A stretch of DNA of 64,000 nt from Octopus bimaculoides (taxonomy: Eukaryota): contig NC_068985.1 of assembly GCF_001194135.2 (NCBI RefSeq), positions 84,721,384 through 84,785,383 of the forward strand, read 5' to 3'. How positions within the stretch are numbered: the stretch's first letter is position 1; every line of letters begins with the position of its first letter. This document shows positions 12,480 through 22,644 of this stretch, piece by piece. Position numbers and translations under genes: made by a program. The notes below the pieces were generated by a model. The model ran no database searches, was not told the origin of the DNA, and saw only the letters and a program-made list of their open reading frames with translations.

Positions 12480-13165
12480 TTGGAAAGATGCATTCATGAT
12501 GTGTATATGCTTTTGCTGGCTACAGCTTTTCAGACACACATGTTATAGAGTAATCTGTATAGAGGAAACTTCTTTTTGATAACAGTGTTCACTCTCTGTT
12601 TCATTTTGGATTTTGAATTCTGATAAGGTATTTTTCTTTTGTCGTTCATGGTTGATCAGTTTCTTCCTTTATTTAGAAAAAGGGAATATTTTAAATTTCC
12701 CATTTGCATAAATATGTAGATGTTCACTACGTGGAACATTTATAAGAGATGAATCCTTGATTTGTTGCTTATATGTTCCAACCTGATGTATTAATTTTGA
12801 TCCTGTTTGGCCAATATAACTCTTATTGCCTTGTGGGAATGTGATATAGTAAATTAGATCTTTTGTTTTGCAATTCATATTTGCATTAATCTTCCAATTC
12901 TTTTTTCAATTTGCTCTGTTCCATTACTTCAGATGTCTCAAACTAAAAGTCACTACATTTTGTTACCTGTGTTATTTCTTTTTCTGATAAGAATTTTGCC
13001 TTTGTCTTTTAAGATTTGGTGGTTGTCTTCACCTTTTGATAATTTGTGATTCTTTAATCATTTTTCTGAGATTTGACAAGTGGTATAGGATTGGAACTGA
13101 ATATAAGATGTTATGGTTTCTAGGATTATGGGTGACTACAAATATTTACATTTTTGTTTTCATCT
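12480..13165 (-). mobile_element. Penelope-like element remnant: RT-EN linker plus GIY-YIG endonuclease
   Basis: ORF 12669-12878 MNCKTKDLIYYITFPQGNKSYIGQTG...HQV..YKQQI...SEHL is a PLE-type GIY-YIG; upstream minus-strand FVVTHNPRN...IIKR*RQPPNLK is the typical PLE linker. Confidence 0.85.
12499..12542 (-). ncRNA. Degenerate minimal type-I hammerhead ribozyme motif
   Basis: Minus strand TGTGT-CTGAAAA-GCTG TAGC CAGC-AAAA-GCATAT-ACACAT; helices I and II intact, two core G>A changes; lies just 3' of the GIY-YIG ORF on the same strand. Confidence 0.5.
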
Positions 13166-13519
13166 TCACCTTCACATATAAGTGTGCATGTGTTTGTGTG
13201 CCCACACATTTGTGCCTCTCTCGTCATCTTTATGTAAGTGATTGACCATATCAGTTTTATAAGGATGTGTTGTTTGAAGATGAATTTATATTTGAGTAAA
13301 CAGCTTCTTAAACTGACTTGGATAATACAATATAGGATTTTAATATTTCTATGCTACCTAGGGTGTCAAGCTGACAGTATCATTAGCATGCCAGGCAAAA
13401 TGCTTAGCTTCATTTCATCCATCTTTACATTCTGAGTTCAAATTTCACCAAGTTATGATTTCTTGAGCCTGACGTATGTATGTATGTATGTATGTATGTA
13501 TGTATGTACGTATGTATAT

Positions 13520-13802
13520 GGCTCAATGGTCCCAGACTGAGTTGTGTGTTGTGTTGCTGAGCAAGACACTTTATTTCACATTGCTCCAGTTCACTCAGCT
13601 GTAGAAATGATTTGCAAAATCACTAGTGCCAAACTGTATCACTCTTTGTCTTTACCTTGAATATTGTCAGTGGCATGGAGCGGAGAGGCTGGTATGCATG
13701 GGCAGCTGCTAGCCTTCCACAGAAACAACCTTGTCCAGACATGTGCCTCATAGGGGAACTTTCTTGGTGCAATCTCATGGTCATTCATGAATGAAGGAGG
13801 TC
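13520..13802 (+). mobile_element. Family C CORE-like SINE with partly deleted head
   Basis: GTGTTGCTGAGCAAGACACTTTATTTCACATTGCTCCAGTTCACTCAGCTG body colinear with 19388-19710. Confidence 0.8.
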
Positions 13803-13954
13803 TTCACAAATTATATATATATATCATCATCATCGTCGTTGTTTCACAGTTCAATTTTCTATGCTGCCATGTCAGACAAAATTCGTTAAAGAGATTTTGT
13901 ATGGCCAGACACTTCTCCTTAAGCCAACTTCCACCTTTTTACAAGCAAAGCAAT

Positions 13955-14278
13955 AGTCCCCTCTTGTCCTTTGAAAGGTGGCACGTTAGCAAATCATTCG
14001 AATGAGGTCGTTGCCAGTGCCACTGGACTGGCTCCTGTGCAGGTGGCACGTAAAAAAACACCATTTTGAGCGTGACTGTTGCCAGTACCATGTGACTGGC
14101 CCTCGTGGCGGTGGCACGTAAAAGCACCCACTACACTCTCAGAGTGGTTTGCGTTAGGAAGGGCATCCATCTGTAGAAACTCTGCCAGATCAGATTGGAG
14201 CCTGGTTCACCAGTCCTCAGTCAAATCGTCCAACTCATGCTAGCATGGAAAGCGGACGTTAAACGATGATGATGATGA

Positions 14279-14281
<3 letters not shown>
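13955..14281 (+). mobile_element. RTE LINE 3' UTR (5'-truncated), (GAT)n tail
   Basis: Near-identical to the 3' end of the RTE copy at 61315-61545 (…CATGCTAGCATGGAAAGCGGACGTTAAACGATGATG). Confidence 0.85.
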
Positions 14282-14311
<30 letters not shown>

Positions 14312-14714
14312 NNNNNNNNNNNNNNNNNNNNNNNNNNNNNNNNNNNNNNNNNNNNNNNNNNNNNNNNNNNNNNNNNNNNNNNNNNNNNNNNNNNNNNNNN
14401 NNNNNNNNNNNNNNNNNNNNNNNNNNNNNNNNNNNNNNNNNNNNNNNNNNNNNNNNNNNNNNNNNNNNNNNNNNNNNNNNNNNNNNNNNNNNNNNNNNNN
14501 NNNNNNNNNNNNNNNNNNNNNNNNNNNNNNNNNNNNNNNNNNNNNNNNNNNNNNNNNNNNNNNNNNNNNNNNNNNNNNNNNNNNNNNNNNNNNNNNNNNN
14601 NNNNNNNNNNNNNNNNNNNNNNNNNNNNNNNNNNNNNNNNNNNNNNNNNNNNNNNNNNNNNNNNNNNNNNNNNNNNNNNNNNNNNNNNNTATATATATAT
14701 ATATATATTATGAA

Positions 14715-14950
14715 AGTGCATGGCTTAGTGGTTAGAGTGTTGCACTCATGATTACAAGATCGTGGGTTCGATTCCCAGACCAAGTGTTGCGTTGTGTTCT
14801 TGAGCAAAGCACTTCATTTCACGTTGCTCTGCGATCATTTCATCATTTGACATGTGGCACACAATGCACCTGTACAGGTAATGTCGATTTGATGGAGGGA
14901 GTGAGCTTATGTGAACATAAACATTTGATCACCATAAACAAATAATTTGT
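14715..14950 (+). mobile_element. Family F CORE-like SINE
   Basis: A-box TGGCTTAGTGG, B-box GGTTCGATTCC, CORE-like GTGTTCTTGAGCAAAGCACTTCATTTCACGTTGCTC, then a body different from family C; other copies at 35255-35430, 49795-50035, 56215-56432 and 56625-56870 (all minus). Confidence 0.85.
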
Positions 14951-14961
14951 TAAGCAAGAAA

Positions 14962-14999
<38 letters not shown>

Positions 15000-15000
<1 letters not shown>

Positions 15001-15320
15001 GACTGACTTCTTTCAGTTTCTGTCTACCAAATCCACTCCCAAGGCTTTGGTCTGCCTGAGGTTATAGTAGAAGACACTTGCATAGAAGCCAAGTATCTGT
15101 TTTTCACTGGTACAAGAGGCTGGGCAAAGAAAGTCAACCAGGAAGCTTGTAATGATCCCATTCTTTTTCACCAGCAAGGGCTTCAGTGGGTTCCCTCTGT
15201 CCTGATAATCAACAAAGAAATTTTCCTGCCCATCTCTCTCAACTAATTCATTACCAGTGGGACTGAACATGGAACCATGTGGTAGGGAAGCAAGCTGCTT
15301 ACCGCACAGCCATACTTGTG
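15000..15320 (-). mobile_element. Family D SINE 5' half interrupted by a mariner-derived insertion
   Basis: SINE sequence ...AGACACTTGC | CAGTGGGACTGAAC... is split by 15076-15257, which matches the mariner at 16992-17266. Confidence 0.85.
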
Positions 15321-15381
<61 letters not shown>

Positions 15382-15383
<2 letters not shown>

Positions 15384-15560
15384 GAGAATGTACGAAAAAA
15401 CAACAACAGACGAGGACAGGTGGTGTAAACAACAAAAGGATGTATTAGTATGACGCTCGGGAATACGGAAAATCTTTAACGTTTCGAGCTACGCTCTTCA
15501 ACAGAAAGAATACGGAGACAAGGAGAAAAACACAGAGAAAAAAATTGAATAGTGTTCAGT
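15382..15560 (-). mobile_element. Penelope-like terminal-repeat fragment abutting (TA)n
   Basis: CpG-rich repeat-like segment starting directly after a (TA)n run and containing a PLE-type minimal hammerhead; PLE assignment is inference from the ribozyme type. Confidence 0.55.
15473..15509 (-). ncRNA. Minimal type-I hammerhead ribozyme motif (PLE type)
   Basis: Minus strand TCTTT-CTGTTGA-A-GAGC GTA GCTC-GAAAC-GTT-AAAGA: helix I TCTTT/AAAGA, helix II GAGC/GCTC, self-complementary helix III AAC/GTT, GUU cleavage triplet; A6>U core variant. Confidence 0.65.
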
Positions 15561-16738
15561 CACACACATTTAGCATGCATATTTGCTTTGATCTGTCTTG
15601 GGCCTCCAGCTCCTGATGGAATCATAGGAATTGTTGCAGTAGTATACAGTGTGTCCTAGGCTCTTTCAGTTTTTGGAGAGCCTACCCAACTCCTGGACTG
15701 ACCACAGTTGATTTCTTCCGAAATAAAGAGGCAAGTAAACAGAACAAAAGAAAGAGAAGCTATTAACTACAGTACAGTGCTGGCATTTATTTAATTACTC
15801 TGAAAGGATGAAAGACTAAGTTGATTTTGGCAGTATTAGAACTCAGAATGTATACAGAGCCATCAAACAGGCAAATGGCTATATGTAAAACACATATATA
15901 TGTAATTTAAGCATATAATGGGGCGAAAAGAAATGCAGGTTATTTTATTACATAATAGTTACAAAATCGATATGAATTTATTTCATGTTGCAGATACAAA
16001 CCATCAATACCACTGAAGAATTGCAAGGTCCTCACTATTAATTAATTATATATTATTAATTATATGTTAAAAACAAATACAGGCTTTTGCTCTGTTCCAT
16101 ATCATCAAACATTTACACATCAATAATTTTCTATAATTAATGTTATATCTTTAAAAGCTTATATTTAACACTTTGCAGTTATTGTTTACATAGCTTTACT
16201 CTTCTGAGTTGATATACAAAACGTTTTCAAACTTTTTTTTGTCCTTTCTTTCCTTTTTTTTCAATTCATATTTTTTGGTATTCTTTCTATTTTTTTTTTC
16301 TCTTTTTAAATATAGCATTTATATAAATTTTCTGTAAAATTACATATTATATAAATGAGCTGGCCCTTTCTGTTTTTACATATTTCTTTACTCTCTCCTT
16401 CCTCCCCTTTTCTTCTCTTCATTCTTCACTTACATATATCATTAATATAGAGTTATTTTCAAATCAATAAATTTTTTAAATCGATATTAATATATGATTG
16501 TTCTAAACTTCATTATTTTCATATTTTTCTTCATTTCTTTCCTTCTCTTCTTTTTTGTTATACTTCTTTCTTTTGTCTTTCATTTTTCTGTTTTTCCTAC
16601 ATAAATTACTTCACATTTTCAATTCATAACCATTCAATATACGAAACGTTAAATATATAGCGTCCTTAGAAACAAACAGATAACATGTTCCTTTTGAAAT
16701 ATTTGGCAGCAGTTCAGTGGCAAATTGAAGCATAAGTA

Positions 16739-17592
16739 CAAGGTGCCTTCCAGAAGTTTTGAGACTTTTTTCAGGAAAGTCATTTATTAATTTCAAAAGA
16801 GTACAAAACTCTAACATTCTTCAAAGTAGGATCCACTGACTTCAATACACTTATTATAGTGCTTCAGCCACTTCCTAAAGGCCCCATGGAAGTCCTTCAA
16901 AATGAAGGCGTCGAGGACCCCTGTCCCAACCTTCATCTCCTTCAGATTGGGGAACAACCAAAAGTGACAGGAAACAATGTCTGGACTACAGTTTTCCTGC
17001 CCATCCCTCTCAACTAATTCATTACCAGGATGGAATTGTGGACTGATGCATTGTCCTGGTACAGATGCTCTGGTGTTTTGCAATGAAACTTCTTCCTGCA
17101 CTGCCTCAAAACCTCCACTAAATATTCTTTGTTGATTATCAGGACAGGGAACCCACTGAAGCCCTTACTGGTGAAAAAGAATGGAATCATCACAAGCTTC
17201 CTGGTTGACTTTCTTTGCCCAGCCTCTTGTACCAGTGAAAAACAGATGCTTGGCTTTTATGCAAGTTAATCCATAAGCAGTCTGGAGCATATCACAAGTT
17301 TCTGAAGCTTTTTTGCCCAGATTAACACAAAACTTTATTGCATAGCAAGCTTCCAAATTGTCTTCGTGTCCTAACTGCATTTCACAAACTAGTTAGTTGT
17401 GATAAGCAAGGGTGTGTTCAAAGTGCTGTTATAGCTCTCTCTCTCTCTCTCAATCTGGAATAACAAAAATTGGCAGGTCAGCTTATTAGATCTGTAGTTA
17501 TGATATGCTAAAATTACAACAACCTAAGTGAGTTATAATAGCTTTTCCTAGTCTTTCCTACAAAAGTCTTGAAACTTCTGGAATGCATCTCC
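16739..17592 (-). mobile_element. Internally deleted mariner transposon with TIRs and TA TSD
   Basis: TA|CAAGGTGCCTTCCAGAAGTTTTGAGACTTT ... AAAGTCTTGAAACTTCTGGAATGCATCTCC|TA; remnants YAIKFCVNLGKKASETCDMLQTAYG and CSPDIVSCHFWLFPNLKE...FRKWLKHYNKCIEVSGSYFE. Confidence 0.92.
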
Positions 17593-17876
17593 TATATAAA
17601 TGAATGCATCATTCTGAAGAACTGGAAAGTGAAACTAAGTGAGATTATAGTGAAGTTTCTGCTTCATTTCAATATTTTGCTACTCTACTCCATGCACTGA
17701 GTACAATTTTTTTTTATTGTTTTGCTCCAAGACCTTTAAGATTGCAGACTACCAATACCCAACCTGCAGCAGAGCCTTCCAAGCATGCATTGGGCTGATG
17801 TGCCACAATTGGACACACTGTGCTCCATGGTTTCCTCCCATATGACATTCTTGGTCCTTGTCAAGAACAGACAAGC

Positions 17877-17934
<58 letters not shown>

Positions 17935-18654
17935 ATTAATAATTATAATGATGATGATAATCATCATCATCATCATCATGACAATGATCATGGTGGTGGT
18001 GGTAGTAGTAGTAGTGGTAGTAGTAGTAGTAGTAGTAGTAGTAAATGTAATGGTCACTTGACAAAAGTGAATTAGATAATATAGATACTTTAGACCAAGA
18101 TATTTGTAGTCATGTGTGTGCCTGTATATGTGTGCATCCATGTGTATGTGATTGTGGGTATAACTCTTTATTATATGTTTGAGGTGAGTTATCTCCCTTG
18201 TATTTTAATTATGGATATATTGAAATTAGGTTCTTAAAAAAATGTATAAACAAATATATATATATGTACATCTCAACCTTACAAAATAGAGGGGCGAAAT
18301 TATACTATTAATAAGTTCCACAACTCTTTTATTTATTAAATAATGGTGTTATGTTAAGTTTAAAATTGCTAAAACTAAAAATTGAAAGTTAAAACTAAAG
18401 AGGATAAAAAAAAGAATGAATTACACTTATGTATATGTCTTCTAACTGTCTGGAATATTACTGTGTGGTAGATCCATTAAATCAGACGAACATTCATATT
18501 TCCATCCAGCTGAAAGATAGTTCATGAAGTGCCTGCATTTATTAAATATATATAATCTAATATTTCAATAATCAACAAATTTTTAAATAGACATTTAAAA
18601 AAAATACATCCTTGTGTCACTGTCAAGTAAAAGAGTAAAAGTGAATCCTATCTA

Positions 18655-18837
18655 CTACAGGCACAAGCTGATTACATTTACCCCAGTCTCTCACATTTTC
18701 AACCCTGAAAATGTGAGAGGCACATTCAACCTTAACAAAATTTGAACCCTGAATGTAAAGAGCTGGAAGAAATGCCACTATGCATTTTGTCCAATGCACT
18801 AATGATTCTGCCAGCTCATCACCTCACTAATAATAAC

Positions 18838-18881
<44 letters not shown>

Positions 18882-19378
18882 TAATAATAATAATAATAAT
18901 AATAATAATCCCTCCTGCTATAGGCACAAGGCCTGAAATTTGGGGGTAGGAGGTGGGTCGATTTCATCGACCTCAGTACTCAACTGGTACTTAATTTATC
19001 GACCCCGAAAGGATGCAAGGGAAAGTTGACCCCAGCGGAATTTGAACTCAGGACATAAAGACAGACAAAATACCACTAAGCATTTTGCCTGGCATGCTAA
19101 CAATTCTGCTAGTTTTCCACTTTACTAATAGTAATAATAATAATAATAATAATAATAGTAGCCCTTTCTACTATAGACACAAGGCCTGAAATTTGTGGGA
19201 GGCAGATAATTGATTACATTGACCCCAGTGCGTAACTGGTACTTATTTTATCAACCCCCGAAAGGATGAAAGGCAAAGTCAACCTCAGCAGAATTTGGAC
19301 TCAATGTTTCAATGGGCAAAATACCACTCAGCATTTTATCCAGCATGCTAATGATTCTGCCAGCTCACCACCGTACAA
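18655..19378 (-). mobile_element. Array of three family B SINEs separated by (AAT)n
   Basis: Copies at about 18655-18830, 18908-19110 and 19160-19378. Confidence 0.88.
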
Positions 19379-19387
19379 CTACTGAGG

Positions 19388-19710
19388 AGACCCCCTTCGG
19401 TCATGAATGACCATGGGATTGTACCTAGAAAGTTACTCTCGGAGGCACAAGTCTGGGCAAGGTTGTTTATGGAAGGCCAGCAGTCGCCCATGCATACCAG
19501 TCTCCCCTCTCCACATCACTGATGTCATCCAAGGGAAAGGCAAAGGCTGATACAGCTTGGCACCAGTGATGTCACAACTCATTTCTACAGCTGAGTGAAC
19601 TGGAGCAACGTGAAATAAAGTGTCTTGCTCAAGAACACAACACGCAACCTGGTCCGGGAACCAAACTCACAACCTCATGATCGTAAACTCGACGCTCTAA
19701 CCACTGAGCT
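19388..19710 (-). mobile_element. Family C CORE-like SINE, full length
   Basis: tRNA-like head (AGCTCAGTGGTTAGAGCG...GTTTGGTTCCC) plus CORE-like domain; colinear with 47752-48086 and 25325-25562. Confidence 0.88.
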
Positions 19711-19724
19711 ACTACAACTACTGC

Positions 19725-19760
<36 letters not shown>

Positions 19761-20981
19761 CAACAACAACAACAACAATTATAACAACAATAATAACAAC
19801 TCTCCAAGATGTTACACATCATTCTGTTGTGTTTGCATCAAATTCTACTGATCTGTTGTTTTTGTGTTTCTCAAATTGCATTCCATTCCGTTTGTTATTT
19901 TACCAAACTTAAACACAACAATTAAAAAATAAAACTAGCTAAATAAATAAATAAAAACAAATTAATCAATTAATTTTTTTTAATTAACAAAGCAAAACAA
20001 AATTTTTTAAAATATAAAAAAAAAACAAGAGAAGCAACGAAACGATGAACAGACAAAAGATAATATAACATCAATCAATTCCGGAGTTTGTCGTATATGT
20101 ATTTGAATGCATATAATGTGCAGTGAAGATGCTTCATGAAGGTAGCTTGGTAAGTGTGGACTGGGGTAGCAGAGGAGGTGTTTGATGGGGTGAGAGGTAA
20201 ATTGGGAGTGGTGCTGGGGCTGTTGGTTGTGAGGTGTTCCAGGTGGGTAGGGGAATGGCAGCGATGGAGGTTGGGATGATATTGCAGCAGATATCACTTC
20301 TGCGCAATTAGATTGAAATTGTTCTCACCTTCTGCAATGGTAATGAACTAATGCTAATTTCCTGATATCGATCTCAACAACAACAGCAACAACAACAACA
20401 ACAACAGCAGCAGCAGCAATAACAACAAAAACAACAGCTGCTACAATAACAACAAGCAAGAACAATATAAAATGATCATAAAAAAAATAACATACATTGA
20501 AAGACAATAGTAACCTAGTGTAGCACAGAAATGATGCCAACAGTGACAACAGAAAAACAAAACAAAAAGATACAATGGGTGACAACAACAACTACAACAA
20601 TAATAGCAATAACAATGATGATGATGATGACGACAACAACAACAATATCAACAATAGTCATAGCAGTTATCACTACAACAAAAATTGGCAAAGGAGGACT
20701 GCAATAACATGAAGTAGAAGAAGAATTGCAGAAGCAACAGTAAGAAAACTAACAACAACAGAGGTATCACCAGCTATATCAACAACACTTAATAATTGGG
20801 ACCTTTAGCTTTGGTACAAATTGATTATAATGTCCCACCGTACTTGCACACACGCATGCACGCATGCCCACGCACACGCACACCTAAGGCTGACATACAA
20901 CTTTTCAGATCTAAAGAGGAAAGCCCTTCTAATTGGTTGCCAGACCTGCTAGAAATAGAAGTCAAATCTCTCTCAAATTAA

Positions 20982-21191
20982 CCCTTTAGCATTCAGATTA
21001 CTCTGTCAAATGTAATTCTTATTTATTCACATTTTTAGAATTAATTATTCATTGTCTTATAGCTTTCGGAATTTCATGACCTAACTGTTAATTTTTAGAC
21101 TGATATTGTTGGGTAGGTGTAAGGGACCAGATCTGAACATAAAACAGGTAGAATATTTTAGCCAGATATGGTCAGTTTAAATGTCAAAGGA
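20982..21191. mobile_element. piggyBac-like MITE
   Basis: TTAA|CCCTTTAGCATT ... AATGTCAAAGGA|TTAA; second left-end copy at about 52700-52820. Confidence 0.7.
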
Positions 21192-21978
21192 TTAAGTCTT
21201 TATCATCTTATAGAAAAGGACACTTTGGATAGCATAAGCAGTCACAAATGTTGAAAATGATGGGATGGTCATGGTTGGAATGTTTTTGATCAGTTCTACT
21301 TAATCAGAACTGATCCATGGCTCTACAGCAACAACAACATCAACTTTTGAGTGGTAAATGCAGTGCTGTCTTGAAGCAGAAGCTACCACATAGTTTCCCA
21401 GAGACTACAACACCAGTTTAAGGTCTAAATACTAACCTACACATGATGTGTTTCTGTGAGTAGGGGCCCCAGTGCATTGATTTGTCAGGAAGGGGAGCCT
21501 ATAAAGCTATCAAGATGTAGTTGCTGGGCTTTCTTCTTCAGTCCTTGAAAATTCTTCATCTCACCCAGCAACTAATAACCTTCTGTAAAACTCAAGTGGG
21601 GCCCACAGTAGGGTACTATTCTCTTCAACACATCACACCTCTCAGTCCACCACAACTTACTCCAAGCCCTGTACTTAACTGTTAGTCCCAGTTTTTTCTT
21701 CTCACACTGTTGCCCCTCTGGACTACCCTCATAAAACAAGGAAGGGTACTTTTGACTGTTTTTTTCTAGTGACTCTCAACTGCAAATGCTAAGTTACAGG
21801 GACGTAAACAAACCAACACCAGTTATCAAGCAGTGTTGGAGGACAATCACAGACACAAAGGCACACTCACGCACACAAAACCAATGAATAATAACCATAA
21901 AGTTGAAGTAAAAGTCAAATATTGTGTGTGTGTTTATTGACAAACTGACTATTCACGAATATAACTATATATATATAT

Positions 21979-22230
21979 ATCAAAATAAGCAACAGGATAT
22001 CAAGTAGTGATGCAGTAAAACCGTTTCAAATGACTCCATTCAATTGAACATTGCAATCAGTACATCAATTTAAGTGCAGTGCCATCTTCAGCTGCACAAT
22101 ATAGAATTTTGTGCAGTTGAAGATAACACTGCATTTAAATTGATGTAAATGATTGCATTGTTCAATTAAATGGAGCCACTTGAAATGGTCGTACAGCATC
22201 ACTACTTTATATCCTGTTGTTTATTTTGAT
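21979..22230. repeat. ~250-bp palindrome (about 121-bp arms, 9-nt loop) abutting (TA)n
   Basis: 21979-22099 is the imperfect reverse complement of 22109-22230, e.g. ATCAAAATAA/TTATTTTGAT and CTTCAGCTGCACAA/TTGTGCAGTTGAAG. Confidence 0.92.
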
Positions 22231-22426
22231 TTTATTCACCTTACTTCGAGTGGTGCGGATAATATTGGACAGACTTGGTGCTTCAAATTAAGTACCGAAT
22301 TCAACTGAATCTTAATTATATATATATATATATATACACAAGAGCCTCAAAAAAACAAAACATGGTACAAGACTTCTGATGAAGGTACAAGACTTCAAGG
22401 CTCAAAACTTTCCATACACCCCTCAT

Positions 22427-22620
22427 AAGTAATATTCGCAGCCACTTTAACAAGCCTCTCTATTCGAGCTGACTCTACAGCAATTCTTTTACCCTAAGGG
22501 GACATCTCCTCTGGCTGGTTAACAATGCACAGCTAGAAGAGATGTGCTCTTGGGGTTAAAAAATCGCAGTAGAGTCTGCTCGAATGGACAGCCATTTTAA
22601 AGTAGCTACAAATATTACTT
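22427..22620. repeat. ~195-bp imperfect palindrome, MITE-like
   Basis: AAGTAATATTCGCAGCCACTTTAA pairs with TTAAAGTAGCTACAAATATTACTT; ATTCGAGCTGACTCTAC with GTAGAGTCTGCTCGAAT; GACATCTCCTCTGGCTG with CAGCTAGAAGAGATGTG. Confidence 0.85.
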
Positions 22621-22644
22621 GTCAGTAAATCTTTTAGAGAGATT

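Noticed and set aside
14715-14790. tRNA-like sequences (also heads at 45250-45325, 19630-19710 and others)
   Set aside because: They lack complete cloverleaf acceptor stems and continue into SINE bodies; not tRNA genes.
22365-22415. CTGATGAAGG...CTCAAAAC hammerhead-like fragment
   Set aside because: No GAAA box and no consistent helices; disrupted by a GGTACAAGACTTC direct repeat.
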